Shown here piece by piece: positions 40,634 to 50,847 of a stretch of DNA of 64,000 bases (within the stretch, counting starts at the first letter, position 1; the number at the start of each line of letters is the position of its first letter). This stretch comes from Candidatus Hydrogenedentota bacterium (lineage in GTDB: Bacteria; Hydrogenedentota; Hydrogenedentia; Hydrogenedentales; SLHB01), in the NCBI GenBank assembly GCA_045863335.1, contig BTVY01000042.1, forward strand, positions 1-64,000, read 5' to 3'. The position numbers and the translations under genes are program-made. Under the pieces are notes generated by a model. That model saw only the letters and a list, made by a program, of their open reading frames with translations, was not told where the DNA came from and made no database searches.

Positions 40634-42298
40634 ATGACAGACACATCCCCAGCACCATCGACAAGCCCGGAGGCCGATGCGCGGCTCCTGAGCCTGTACA
40701 TTCGCGCGTTGGTCTGGTACCTCGTCCTCGTCGGCGCGTTCGCGTTGTTTGGCATCGAGTCCATCTACCGGAACCCGACTCCATTTCACGCGCTGGTGTA
40801 TCCCGCGGGCGAGACGTGGAGCGGTCCGTTGTTCATCATGGGAATCATCGGGGTTGGCGTGTTCGCCTTCGTGCGGTTTACAGCGCCGCCGGGAACCATC
40901 GCGCCGCACCGTGTTGCGCTGTTCGCGGGCGCTTCATTCCTCTGGGTCATGGCCCTTGTCGCGGTACTCTCCCGGGAGGACGGGCTTGCCGCGGGCAACG
41001 CATCATTGTGGGCCGTGCTTTGGGAAGGTTCCCGCTGGCAGATTCCGGCCCTCGTCGTGGCGTTTACATTCGCAATGTTCGGTCATCGCTGGTATCGCGA
41101 ACATCCGATCCTCGACGATGCCCATGGCATACCGTGCCTCCGTTCGGTGTTGACAGCGCTGATCGCGTTTTCGATTTTGTTTTCGGCGGCCGTTGCCATG
41201 GTCCGCGGTGGCATGAATGGCGTATCTGACGCTTACGAGCGGGAGACGTACGAGTACATCGGGGACATTGGACTGCGAACGACCATTCGCATTTTCTTAC
41301 GCGACTACAATTCGTTGCACGAGTACTTGTCGATGCATTCCAAGGTGCATCCCCCGGGCCCCGTGGTGATCCTTTGGCTGATTTCCAAAGTGACCTTCAC
41401 GCGCAGCCCCCTGGTTTTATCATGGGGCACGATCGTGTTGGGGAGCACGGCGATCATTCCGCTGTTTCTGTGGGTGCGTGACCTGTTCGGTGCGCGCCAG
41501 GCGCTTCTCAGCGCGATCCTTTACAGTCTCGTGCCCAGCATTGTCCTCTTCACGGCCACAAGTGCCGATATCTTGTTCATGCCGCTCACGCTTTGGACGC
41601 TTTTCCTGTTCTGGCGGGCGATTCACCGGAACTCCTGGAAGTACGCGCTTGGGGCCGGTGCGCTGTACGCGGTCATGTCGCTTTGTTCGTTTTCGTTGCT
41701 GAGCGTTGGCGCGTTTTTCGGGTTGGTTGGGCTTTGGCGTCTGGGTCAACCGGGGATGCGCCTTTCCGTGATTCGGACCGCGGCTCTCATGATCGCTTCG
41801 TTCCTGGCGGTGCACCTGGCCGTGTACTACTGGTCCGGCTTCGACGTTATCGAATGTTTTCGTCTGGCAAAGGCGCAATTCGATGAGGATCAGGCCAACC
41901 TCGACATCTACACGCCCCGCTATCCCGCGTGGGTTTTCCGCTTTCTCAATCCGATGACGCTTTTCTTTTTCGCAGGAATCCCGGTGTCGGTTCTTTTCTG
42001 TCTGCGCATTCTCCACCCCAGACAGGAGACTCCGTCGCAAGAGGAATCGGGTGTGCCCTCCCGGCAGTTGTTTATCGTATTCGCATTGACCCTGTTCGTG
42101 CTGAATCTTCTGTACCTGGGGCGTGGAGAGGGTGAACGGTCGGCCATGTACATACTGCCTTTCGTTGTGATTCCGGCGGCGCATTTGTTACACGAACACT
42201 GCGTTCGCGCCGGGTCCATCCGGCCGGCGGTGGTGGTATTCGTGTTTCTCGCGATACAAAGTTGGGCCATCGAGAGCTGTCTATACACATACTGGTGA
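40634..42298 (+). CDS. GT39/ArnT-like polytopic membrane glycosyltransferase
   Basis: Many TM helices; HSKVHPPGP motif; adjacent GT2. Confidence 0.75.
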   Translation: MTDTSPAPSTSPEADARLLSLYIRALVWYLVLVGAFALFGIESIYRNPTPFHALVYPAGETWSGPLFIMGIIGVGVFAFVRFTAPPGTIAPHRVALFAGASFLWVMALVAVLSREDGLAAGNASLWAVLWEGSRWQIPALVVAFTFAMFGHRWYREHPILDDAHGIPCLRSVLTALIAFSILFSAAVAMVRGGMNGVSDAYERETYEYIGDIGLRTTIRIFLRDYNSLHEYLSMHSKVHPPGPVVILWLISKVTFTRSPLVLSWGTIVLGSTAIIPLFLWVRDLFGARQALLSAILYSLVPSIVLFTATSADILFMPLTLWTLFLFWRAIHRNSWKYALGAGALYAVMSLCSFSLLSVGAFFGLVGLWRLGQPGMRLSVIRTAALMIASFLAVHLAVYYWSGFDVIECFRLAKAQFDEDQANLDIYTPRYPAWVFRFLNPMTLFFFAGIPVSVLFCLRILHPRQETPSQEESGVPSRQLFIVFALTLFVLNLLYLGRGEGERSAMYILPFVVIPAAHLLHEHCVRAGSIRPAVVVFVFLAIQSWAIESCLYTYW

Positions 42299-42314
42299 GG
42301 AAGGGACCAGAAGG

Positions 42315-43106
42315 ATGTGGCGTGACAAGAAGGTTTCGGTTGTATTCCCTACGTACAATGAGAAGGATTCGATACGCGAGGCCGTTGAGGAGTTCTTCGC
42401 CAGCGGATATGTGGACGAGGTCGTGGTGGTGAATAACAATGCGGCCGAGGGCACGGACGACGAGGTGCGGCCCACGCAGGCCCGGCTGGTGCACGAGACG
42501 CGTCAAGGGTACGGCCATGCCATTTGGAAGGGCCTAGCGGAAGCGACGGGCGACATTCTGATGATTGCGGAACCGGACGGCACCTTTTCTGGCAACGACG
42601 TGATCAAGCTGCTGGCGTATTCGGATGATGCGCCGGTCGTCTTTGGCACGCGCACGCAGCGCGAGTTCGTCTGGGACGGGGCGAACATGGGCTGGTTCCT
42701 GAAGGTCGGCAACTGGGCCGTAGGCAAGATGGTGGAGTTCCTATTCAACACCACGATCTTGACGGACGTGGGTTGTTCGATGCGGTTGTTTCACCGGGAA
42801 GCCTACGAACGCATCGCGCCACAGTTCTCTATAGGCGGGTCGCACTTCGGGCCGCAGATGCTGTTGCTTACCATTCTCAATGACATCAAGTTCATCGAAA
42901 TCCCCGTCAACTACCGGAAGCGGGTAGGGGAGTCGTCGGTTACGGGGGACAAGATCAAGGCTTTTCGTCTTGGGATGACGATGATCTTCATGATCCTGCG
43001 TTACCGGATCCGGTCGTGGTTTGGTTGGCGGCCCGGGCCTGGGTCGAATCCGTACGCGAAGGCACCCACTGCAGACGTCGACCTGAGTGAACCCAAAGAT
43101 CTCTAG
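42315..43106 (+). CDS. GT2 polyprenol-phosphate glycosyltransferase (DPM1-like)
   Basis: VSVVFPTYNE, GYGHAI, LTDVGC, EIPVNYRKRVGES. Confidence 0.9.
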   Translation: MWRDKKVSVVFPTYNEKDSIREAVEEFFASGYVDEVVVVNNNAAEGTDDEVRPTQARLVHETRQGYGHAIWKGLAEATGDILMIAEPDGTFSGNDVIKLLAYSDDAPVVFGTRTQREFVWDGANMGWFLKVGNWAVGKMVEFLFNTTILTDVGCSMRLFHREAYERIAPQFSIGGSHFGPQMLLLTILNDIKFIEIPVNYRKRVGESSVTGDKIKAFRLGMTMIFMILRYRIRSWFGWRPGPGSNPYAKAPTADVDLSEPKDL

Positions 43107-43192
43107 TCCATCGTGCGCGGGCACGAAGCCGATGTACAGGCGAGGATCCTGCTGCTGGAGATCAGGAGGGGGATCGAGAACGCTTCGCGCTT

Positions 43193-43242
43193 CGATCCCG
43201 ATCCCGATCCCGAAAGCGATCCCGATAGCGATCCCGAACCCG
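43193..43242. repeat. Degenerate GATCCC hexamer run
   Basis: Directly visible in a convergent intergenic region. Confidence 0.75.
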
Positions 43243-43395
43243 TTAGCGAAAGGGGTGGCGGGAGATGGTCGGTGGCTGGATGGAAAAAAAGAGACCTCAG
43301 AATCTGCCAGGCGAAACCGCTTGGAGATTCTGAGATCTCAAATCCTCACTCTGACTTGAACCAGCCGGCCGTGGGTATGGCAAAACCGGTTAACT

Positions 43396-44115
43396 TTATG
43401 CCGCGGGAGCTTCCGCTGCCGGGGCTTCTGCTGCCGCGGGCGCTTCGTCGGTCTTGTTGGCGACGATGTCGAGGATGAGCAGGCACATGTCCCGGATGGC
43501 GTAGTCGGCGAGCGTGCTTTGATAGGTAATGCCGAAGTCCTGGCGATTCATTTCAAATTCGGCCTGCGCGGTGAGCTTGTCGCCTTCGACGGTGACCGTT
43601 GCCGGGAACGTGAATTCCTTGGTCACATCGCGAATCGTGAAGTCGCCCGTGACGGAGTAGCCTTCTGCCGTTTTCTTCGCGCTTTTGGATTTGAACGACG
43701 AAGTGGGGTAGACGCCGGGCTTGAAGAAATGCTCGTCGCCCTGAAGTTTCTTGGTGATTTCCGGATCGTCGGCGTAGGCGGACGTCATATCCACCGTCAC
43801 ATCGATCTTCATGGTTTCGGGATGCCCTTCGACCATGGTTACAGTACCGTCGAAGAGCGTCCAGCCGCCTTCACGGGTGCCGATGGGCACCGTGGCGTTC
43901 CACATGATGGCCGAGTAGTCGGGGTCGATCTTGTAGGTCACCATTTCGCCTTCCGGCATTTCGGCGGGCGTTTCCTCGACGGCGGTTTCACCGGGGGCTT
44001 CGGAGGAGGTGGACTCCTGCGGCGCGGGCGTTTCCGCCGGTTTCCCGCATCCAAGCGTGGCCGTCAATCCCGCCACGAGACATAACATTACGATAGCCAA
44101 ACTTACGCGTCGCAT
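43396..44115 (-). CDS. YceI-like lipoprotein
   Basis: Lipobox TLGC; YKIDP..S, FF....YP...F, TGDFTIRDVTK, NRQDFGI. Confidence 0.88.
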   Translation of the reverse strand: MRRVSLAIVMLCLVAGLTATLGCGKPAETPAPQESTSSEAPGETAVEETPAEMPEGEMVTYKIDPDYSAIMWNATVPIGTREGGWTLFDGTVTMVEGHPETMKIDVTVDMTSAYADDPEITKKLQGDEHFFKPGVYPTSSFKSKSAKKTAEGYSVTGDFTIRDVTKEFTFPATVTVEGDKLTAQAEFEMNRQDFGITYQSTLADYAIRDMCLLILDIVANKTDEAPAAAEAPAAEAPAA

Positions 44116-44592
44116 AATCCACTCTCTCCTTCCCGTTTTTCACGGGTGCTAAATTGGTCAAACGGCCCCCATACTACCGAGGCCGGCTTTTGAAGTCATC
44201 CCGGCGCGCGAGCGGCGCGTTGCGCCGCGATTGCCTGGCGGCCCAAGCCCTAACAGGCGTCCGCGCAAGGCATTGGACCCCGATCTTGGGCCGAGGTTCG
44301 CGCACCCCTCGGGATGCTAGCATGTTGTTGCCGGTGATGTCGAACCTGCGGCGGGAGTTCATCGTAGTTGCCGGCCGCCCTGTGAATGACGCGGCGCACC
44401 ATTGACCGGCGAACAGGTTTTCCGCAAACATGCTCGGTCAATAGATGGCAGATGCCTGCCTCATATAGGGTTTTGAAGGGTGAAAACCTCATTTAGGGTA
44501 ACGTCTTGAAAATGCGAATACGTCTAACGTGCTTGTTTTTAAGTGGTTGCGAATTGGCCTGGTTTCGGCACGGAAGGTGCTTTATAAGGGGC

Positions 44593-45450
44593 ATGCAGCT
44601 GGACGCAGCGCTGAGAAAGTTGAATCTGTATCGTGTTTTGATGGCAACCGTGTTGACGGTCGTGGCAGGCGGCATTGCATTTGGGCAACCTCAGTTGGAA
44701 GTGACGCCTGCGCCCGAGTCCGTAACGGTGGGCGAGACGTTTCGCGTTTCCTATGAGGTTTCGTGGAGTGGCGCTCCCGGCGACTACACGGTGTTGCCGG
44801 CGGAATTGGAGCCCGTGGAATGGGGCACATGTACGCTGCTGCCGTCAAAGGCTTATGTGCGCGATGGGCTGAACGTCATTGTTCAGACCGTCGAGTTCGT
44901 GGCAAATCAACCGGGCGAGGTGGAAATCCCCGCCGTTGAGATTCAGTACCTGCGCCCCGAGGACGTGCAAAAGCCGGAGAAGCCAGATACCCCAATGCAC
45001 CTGAATGCTTCTGACGCTCCCCCCAAGCTCAGAGCAGACCCTTTCCCTCTCCTGGTGCAACCCCACACAACCCCTGCCTGGCTCTTCGGTGTTCTCGGGG
45101 CGCTCTTTTTTTTTCTGCTGGCAGCCCTTGCCTGGTGGATGGCGTCACGCCGGCGAAAGCCGTCCGCTGCGCCCCAACCCTCTGGAGTGGTCGATCGGGT
45201 CGCGGTGAACGCGCACCTGGACCGTGCCAAGCGTAAACGCCTGGAAGGCGACTTTTATGGGGCGTATCGCGACATGGCCATGGCGGCGGGTCTTCTGAAA
45301 TCAAAGGCACCCGAATTGGAGGGCAAGTTAACCGCCCGTGCCGATGAGATTGGGTATCGCGGCGTCCGGCCGACCGATGACGAAATGGAAGGTGATATCC
45401 GCGGGATCGAGCGCATATTGGCGCAAGATGAAACAATTCCAGGGGCTTAG
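44593..45450 (+). CDS. BatD-like Ig-domain membrane protein
   Basis: Signal, VTVGETF, PGEVEIPAVEIQY, single TM; precedes moxR. Confidence 0.65.
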   Translation: MQLDAALRKLNLYRVLMATVLTVVAGGIAFGQPQLEVTPAPESVTVGETFRVSYEVSWSGAPGDYTVLPAELEPVEWGTCTLLPSKAYVRDGLNVIVQTVEFVANQPGEVEIPAVEIQYLRPEDVQKPEKPDTPMHLNASDAPPKLRADPFPLLVQPHTTPAWLFGVLGALFFFLLAALAWWMASRRRKPSAAPQPSGVVDRVAVNAHLDRAKRKRLEGDFYGAYRDMAMAAGLLKSKAPELEGKLTARADEIGYRGVRPTDDEMEGDIRGIERILAQDETIPGA

Positions 45451-45628
45451 GCGGCGTGTGGTACTATGGTGAATGCAAGGGCTGCCCGCTTCCATGCGGT
45501 GGAGTTCCGTTGATTGAGTCCTGGTTTATTGGCGCAAAAGGAGTCCGTTCGCCAGAGTTCCGGCTTGCTGTGAACCCGGCGGTAAGACGATATGGGTCAA
45601 GAAGTACGGCAATGAGGGGTGCGAATCG

Positions 45629-46615
45629 ATGAGTGTATCTGTAGAGTCCATCCGGCGGAACGTGGAGGCCCAGTCCCCGTTCATCAATCGTCTTCGGGCC
45701 GAAATCGGCCGCGTGGTGGTCGGTCAGCAATACATGGTCGACCGGCTGCTCATCGGCATCCTGGCCAACGGGCACGTGTTGATCGAGGGCGTTCCGGGCT
45801 TGGCCAAGACGACCGCGGTGAAGACATTGGCCCGGGCGATGCAGTGCAAATTCAGCCGCATCCAGTTTACGCCCGACCTGCTCCCCGCCGATCTAATTGG
45901 TACGCTTGTGTACAGCCCCAAAGATGGCGACTTTACGACGAAGAAGGGTCCCATCTTCGGCAATATCATCCTGGCGGACGAAATTAACCGCGCGCCCGCG
46001 AAGGTGCAGAGCGCGTTGCTCGAAGCTATGCAGGAGCGCCAGGTCACCATTGGCGATGAGACCTTCCCGCTGGACGAGCCCTTCATGGTGCTCGCGACGC
46101 AGAACCCCATCGAGCAGGAGGGGACCTACCCGCTTCCCGAGGCGCAGGTGGACCGGTTCATGCTCAAGCTGCGCGTCAACTATCCGACCAAGGCGGAGGA
46201 GCGGGAGATCATGGACCGCGTGGACTTGTTACACGAAGCCCGCGTGGACACGGTTGTGACGAAGCACGAGATCCTTCATGCGCGGGACGTGGTCAACGAG
46301 ATCTACGTGGACGAGAAGGCGAAGAACTATATTGTCGATATCGTGCAGGCGACCCGCCATCCCGATGCGTACGGCATGCCCATCAAGCACCTCATTGAAT
46401 ACGGCGCTTCGCCGCGCGCCACGATCTACCTGCAACAGGCGGCCCGGGCACAGGCTTTCCTGCAAGGCGAAGGGAATGTGTTTCCGAACGATGTGAAGCA
46501 GGTGGCGATGGACATCCTCCGGCACCGGGTCATCATAACGTACGAGGCGGAGGCTGAAAACAAGACAAGCGAAGACATCATCCGCATGATCCTCGACACG
46601 GTCCCGGTACCCTGA
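45629..46615 (+). CDS. moxR: MoxR-family AAA+ ATPase
   Basis: GVPGLAKT, RIQFTPDLLPAD, LADEINRAPAKVQSALLEAMQE, TQNPIEQEGTYPLPEAQ. Confidence 0.97.
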   Translation: MSVSVESIRRNVEAQSPFINRLRAEIGRVVVGQQYMVDRLLIGILANGHVLIEGVPGLAKTTAVKTLARAMQCKFSRIQFTPDLLPADLIGTLVYSPKDGDFTTKKGPIFGNIILADEINRAPAKVQSALLEAMQERQVTIGDETFPLDEPFMVLATQNPIEQEGTYPLPEAQVDRFMLKLRVNYPTKAEEREIMDRVDLLHEARVDTVVTKHEILHARDVVNEIYVDEKAKNYIVDIVQATRHPDAYGMPIKHLIEYGASPRATIYLQQAARAQAFLQGEGNVFPNDVKQVAMDILRHRVIITYEAEAENKTSEDIIRMILDTVPVP

Positions 46616-46643
46616 TCGGCGGATCGCGGCTGAAAGTGGCAAG

Positions 46644-47522
46644 ATGATACCGCAGGAAGTCATGCAGGAAATTCGCCGGATTCAGATCCGGACGAATCAC
46701 ATGGTCAACGACATACTCACGGGGCAGTACGAGAGTGTGTTCAAAGGCCAGGGAATGGAGTTCAAAGAAGTCCGCGAGTACGTTCCGGGCGACGAGATCC
46801 GTCTCATCGACTGGAACGTGACGGCCCGCACGGGCGTCCCCCACGTGAAACTTCTCGCGGAAGAGCGCGAACTGACGGTTATGCTGTTGGTGGATGCCAG
46901 CGGGTCCGGCCGGTTCGGGAGCGTCCGGCGTTTCAAGAACGAACTCGCGGCGGAGCTTTGCGCCGTCCTCGCCATTTCGGCCATCAAGAACAACGACAAG
47001 GTCGGTCTCATCATTTTCACGGACGACGTGGAACTCTACGTACCCCCGAGCAAAGGGCGCCGCCACGTGTTGCGCGTCATCCGGGAGGTTCTTTTCTTCG
47101 AGCCGAAGGGGCGCAAGACGGATATCCCCGGCGCGTTGCACTTTCTGAACGGCATTACAAAGCGGCGGGCGGTGACCTTCCTGGTATCCGATTTCATGGC
47201 AGACGGCTACGAGGTGCCCATGCGCGTCGCGGCCAAGCGTCACGATCTAATCGCCGTCGTTGTCAGCGACCCGCGCGAGGCGGAACTGCCGAACGTCGGA
47301 CTGCTCAACGTGCGCGATGCGGAGACGGATCGCGAGGTGCTTGTGGACACGAGCAACGCGTCCGTCCGCGAGCAGTATGCGCTGGAAGCGCGGAAACGAG
47401 CCGCGGAACGCGACCGGATTCTGCGCCGTAACCGGGTCGATGCCATCCACGTGCGTACAGACCGGCCTTACGTGGAAGAGATCTATCGTTTCTTCCGGAT
47501 GCGGGAACGCCGTTATGCATGA
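46644..47522 (+). CDS. DUF58 family protein
   Basis: GQGMEF.EVREYVPGDEIR.IDWNVTAR. Confidence 0.95.
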   Translation: MIPQEVMQEIRRIQIRTNHMVNDILTGQYESVFKGQGMEFKEVREYVPGDEIRLIDWNVTARTGVPHVKLLAEERELTVMLLVDASGSGRFGSVRRFKNELAAELCAVLAISAIKNNDKVGLIIFTDDVELYVPPSKGRRHVLRVIREVLFFEPKGRKTDIPGALHFLNGITKRRAVTFLVSDFMADGYEVPMRVAAKRHDLIAVVVSDPREAELPNVGLLNVRDAETDREVLVDTSNASVREQYALEARKRAAERDRILRRNRVDAIHVRTDRPYVEEIYRFFRMRERRYA

Positions 47523-48585
47523 CGACTCGGTACAGACCGGTGATCACGAAACGCCGGAGCGGCTGAAGCAGTTTCGCGCCCGCTACGAGGGGGATGCCTG
47601 CGGCGGGCGAGGACGGCGTTGGTTGAAGCCCGTGCTCCTTGCGGGGGCGGTGTTACTCGGGTTGTGGGGGGCGGACGTGTTTTTGCGGGGCGCCATTGCC
47701 GATTCGACGGCGCAGCGCGGCGGCATGTCGGCCGAGGAATGGCGGGAGTACGCCGTTTACCTGGAAGGGAAGGATCTGCCCGCCGAAGCGATGAAGGCGT
47801 ATGAGAAGTATCTGGAAACGGCAACGCTGTCCGATGAGGCGCGCGCGAAGGTTTGCTATTCCATGGCGTTGCTTGCCGTGGATGCGGGCGACTATCGCGA
47901 TGCCTTGGCGAAGCTGTATCAGGCCGAGTTGCTATCGCCGGATTGTCCCTTGAAACCGGAGATCGACAAGAAGGTTGTGATGTGCCTCGAGCATCTGGGG
48001 CGCAAGGACGCGTTGCGGCGCGAATTGCGTCATCGAAGCCATGTGGCTCAGCCTGCTGAGGATGTAGCAGCCGACCAAGTTGTGCTCGCGGAAAGCGGCG
48101 ACATGGTGCTCACGAAGCGCGATTTCGAACGTGAGCTGGAGGCGTTACCTTCGTCCGTGCGGGCTGGGTTGAACACGGCCGAGGCCAAAGGGGAGTACCT
48201 GCGCAGTGTCGTCGCGCGGCGGATGCTCGTGGAGAAGGCGCTGCGGATGGAGTTGGACCGGGACCCGGAGATCCTGGACAGGCTGGAGCAGCAGCGCAAT
48301 GCGTTGATCGTCGAGAAACTCATCGACGAGCAGGTGGCCGGGCTTTCCGAGCCCACACCGGAGGACGTGGAACGTTTCTATCGCGCGGAACTGGACCGGT
48401 TCACGATGCCGGGGTCGGATGAAGTCCCGCCGTTCGAACGGGTGAAAGAGCGGGCGGCCCAGATGCTTCAGGTTCAGCGGGAGCAGGAAGCCATGGCCCG
48501 GCTGATCGAGCAGACCCTCGCGGAACAGAAGGTGACGTTTCATGCGGAACGCCTCGAATCCAACGATACGGGAGCGGCGCCATGA
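47515..48585 (+). CDS. TPR + SurA/PrsA-like chaperone domain membrane-anchored protein
   Basis: N-terminal TM, TPR-like helices, LVEKALRMELDRDPE and PFERVK motifs. Confidence 0.6.
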   Translation: MHDDSVQTGDHETPERLKQFRARYEGDACGGRGRRWLKPVLLAGAVLLGLWGADVFLRGAIADSTAQRGGMSAEEWREYAVYLEGKDLPAEAMKAYEKYLETATLSDEARAKVCYSMALLAVDAGDYRDALAKLYQAELLSPDCPLKPEIDKKVVMCLEHLGRKDALRRELRHRSHVAQPAEDVAADQVVLAESGDMVLTKRDFERELEALPSSVRAGLNTAEAKGEYLRSVVARRMLVEKALRMELDRDPEILDRLEQQRNALIVEKLIDEQVAGLSEPTPEDVERFYRAELDRFTMPGSDEVPPFERVKERAAQMLQVQREQEAMARLIEQTLAEQKVTFHAERLESNDTGAAP

Positions 48586-49499
48586 GGTATTTCGCACTGC
48601 TCCTGGCTGGATTTGCCGCGGCGCAGAATCCCGTCGATGTGTATGTCACGGTCGATCCGCCCGAGATTCCTTTTCACCGGCAGACGCGCGTTTCCATTAC
48701 GGTAGAAGCCCCGGCGAATGCTGAGGTCACGATGCCGCAACTGGCGGGGAAGTTTGGTGGCCTGAATGTGTATGGCGAGCCGGACTTCACGAGCGAAGTG
48801 CTTCCGGACGGGCGCAAACAGGTGGTCGAGACGTACGTGCTGGATCCGATTTTCACCGGTAACTACCCCGTCGAACCGGTGAAGGTCACCGTGGGCGATG
48901 CAGGAGAAATCACGGTCCCGGTTCCCGCGATACGGGTTCGTGAGCTTACCGAAGCCGAAGAGCAGGCAGCCCTGGAGTTTGTCGAGAGCCAAGGGCCGGT
49001 GGATATCGAGACGCCGCTGTTGGAGCGGTGGGAAGTCTGGGGCGTGTTATTGGCCGTCGCGGCCATCGTCTTGATTGTCTTGTTCTACCTGCTCCGTAAC
49101 CGCAAGGTTGTCCAGCGGCTTGCGCCGCCGCCGAACGCGTGGGACCTCGCCTATAGCAGGCTCCGGGAACTCGACGCGCGGAAATGGCCCGAACAGGGAC
49201 GTATCCAACCGTATTATGTAGAACTCTCGTCGATTCTCCGTCATTACATTGAAGATCGGTTTACGCTGCACGCGCCGGAGATGACGACGCCGGAGTTCCT
49301 GACAGAGGCGTCGAAGAGCGGGGCGCTGAGCGCCGATCACCAGGACTTGCTCGCTCACTTTCTGCGTCATTGCGACCGCGTGAAGTTCGCCCAGTTCCGC
49401 CCGACCCAGGGCGATATGGAGCGCAGCTTCGCGGAGGTACTGCGCTTCGTCGATGATACGGTTCCAAAACCGGCGGCAGGCGGGGAGGAGGCGGCATGA
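48582..49499 (+). CDS. BatD-like/DUF4381-type membrane protein
   Basis: Ig-like N-domain, TM, YYVELSSILRHYIE..F...APEMTT.EF, DRVKFA. Confidence 0.75.
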   Translation: MRYFALLLAGFAAAQNPVDVYVTVDPPEIPFHRQTRVSITVEAPANAEVTMPQLAGKFGGLNVYGEPDFTSEVLPDGRKQVVETYVLDPIFTGNYPVEPVKVTVGDAGEITVPVPAIRVRELTEAEEQAALEFVESQGPVDIETPLLERWEVWGVLLAVAAIVLIVLFYLLRNRKVVQRLAPPPNAWDLAYSRLRELDARKWPEQGRIQPYYVELSSILRHYIEDRFTLHAPEMTTPEFLTEASKSGALSADHQDLLAHFLRHCDRVKFAQFRPTQGDMERSFAEVLRFVDDTVPKPAAGGEEAA

Positions 49500-50548
49500 A
49501 CCTTTCGGGCCTCTTCTCCTTCAACGCGATAATGTATCCGGCGGCGCTCTTGCTGCTTATCGGCGTGCTGGTGCTGTTCATCGCGGAGTTGTTTGCCCGG
49601 GCGCCGGGCGCCATGTCCGTGTCCACCGGCGAAACGCTGGCGACGATCCGCGGCCGCCATCCCGGCGCGTTGTACCGGATTCCCGCGCTGTTGCGCGCGG
49701 TGGGGCTGGCCCTGCTGGTGGTGGCCTTGGCTCGCCCGTTGCAAGGATTGTCGCCCCAGAAGGACAAGGCGGACATCGTGGACGTGATGTTGTGCGTCGA
49801 CTTGTCACAGAGCATGAGCGTGACCGATTTCCGCACGCGCGATACGCGCATGAACCGGCTAGAGGTGACGAAGGAAGCGGTTCGCGACTTCATCGACAGC
49901 AGGAAGAACCGGCCATCCGATCGGTACGGTCTCGACCGATTGGGCTTGATCCTGTACGCCAAGTACGCGTGGACCCAAACGCCGTTGACTCTCGACTACG
50001 CGGTGCTCGAACGCGACCTGGAAAACGCGGAAATCAACACGCGCGAGCAGAGCAAACAGGGTACGGCAATCGGGTCCGCCATCGGCCTGGCGGTGAGCAA
50101 GCTGCGCAAGTCCGAAGCGAAGAACAAGGTGATTATCCTGTTGACCGACGGCCGCAACAACGAGGGGGAACTCGATCCCTTGACCGCGGCGCAGCTCGCG
50201 CAGGAGTACGGGATTCGCATTTACACCATCGGCGCCGGTTCCAGCGACGAGGTTCTCGTCACGTCGGAGACCCTTTTCGGGCCCATGCCGGACATTCGGC
50301 GTCTGCCGATCGATGAGGAAACCTTGCGCCAGATCGCGGACATCACCGGAGGCCGGTTCTACCGGGCGACGGACCTGGAATCGTTGCATGGCGCATATCA
50401 AGAGATTAACGAACTGGAAACCACCGAGGTCGAACTCGGCGATTATTACGAATACAAAGAGGCGTTCATGCCGTGGGCGGCACTGGGCGCAGTTGCTCTG
50501 TTAGCGAGCGTGTTTTCGAGGCGGTATCGGTTTGAGCCGATACCGTAG
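49496..50548 (+). CDS. batA: VWA domain protein BatA
   Basis: ALARP, MIDAS DLSQSM, GTAIGSAIG, LLTDG, IYTIG. Confidence 0.92.
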   Translation: MNLSGLFSFNAIMYPAALLLLIGVLVLFIAELFARAPGAMSVSTGETLATIRGRHPGALYRIPALLRAVGLALLVVALARPLQGLSPQKDKADIVDVMLCVDLSQSMSVTDFRTRDTRMNRLEVTKEAVRDFIDSRKNRPSDRYGLDRLGLILYAKYAWTQTPLTLDYAVLERDLENAEINTREQSKQGTAIGSAIGLAVSKLRKSEAKNKVIILLTDGRNNEGELDPLTAAQLAQEYGIRIYTIGAGSSDEVLVTSETLFGPMPDIRRLPIDEETLRQIADITGGRFYRATDLESLHGAYQEINELETTEVELGDYYEYKEAFMPWAALGAVALLASVFSRRYRFEPIP

Positions 50549-50550
50549 GG

Positions 50551-50800
50551 AAAATTCAAAAATCGAAGCACGAAATCCGAAACAAATTCGAATGTTTCAA
50601 ATGAAGAAAAGAAGAAACAGAAGAAGTTTTCGTACCAGAAGCCAATCCTCGGAATACGTGGGCGTTGCTCCATTCGGCGAATTCGCAGTCGTCTTCCCCC
50701 TAGGCGGCATCTTTCCTTGGAGGCAACCAGCGGTAGTTCATTTGAATTTTGGTCATTCGAACTTGTTTCGGATTTCGTGCTTCGTATTTCGGATTTGGTT
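50551..50800. repeat. Inverted pair of 7-mer-family repeats enclosing a ~140-bp core between batA and batB
   Basis: CGAAGCACGAAATCCGAAACAAATTCGAATG vs CATTCGAACTTGTTTCGGATTTCGTGCTTCG. Confidence 0.88.
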
Positions 50801-50847
50801 TTGCACTGACAAGAGAGTAATGGCGACGGCCTTGTCTGGAGCGTAAC

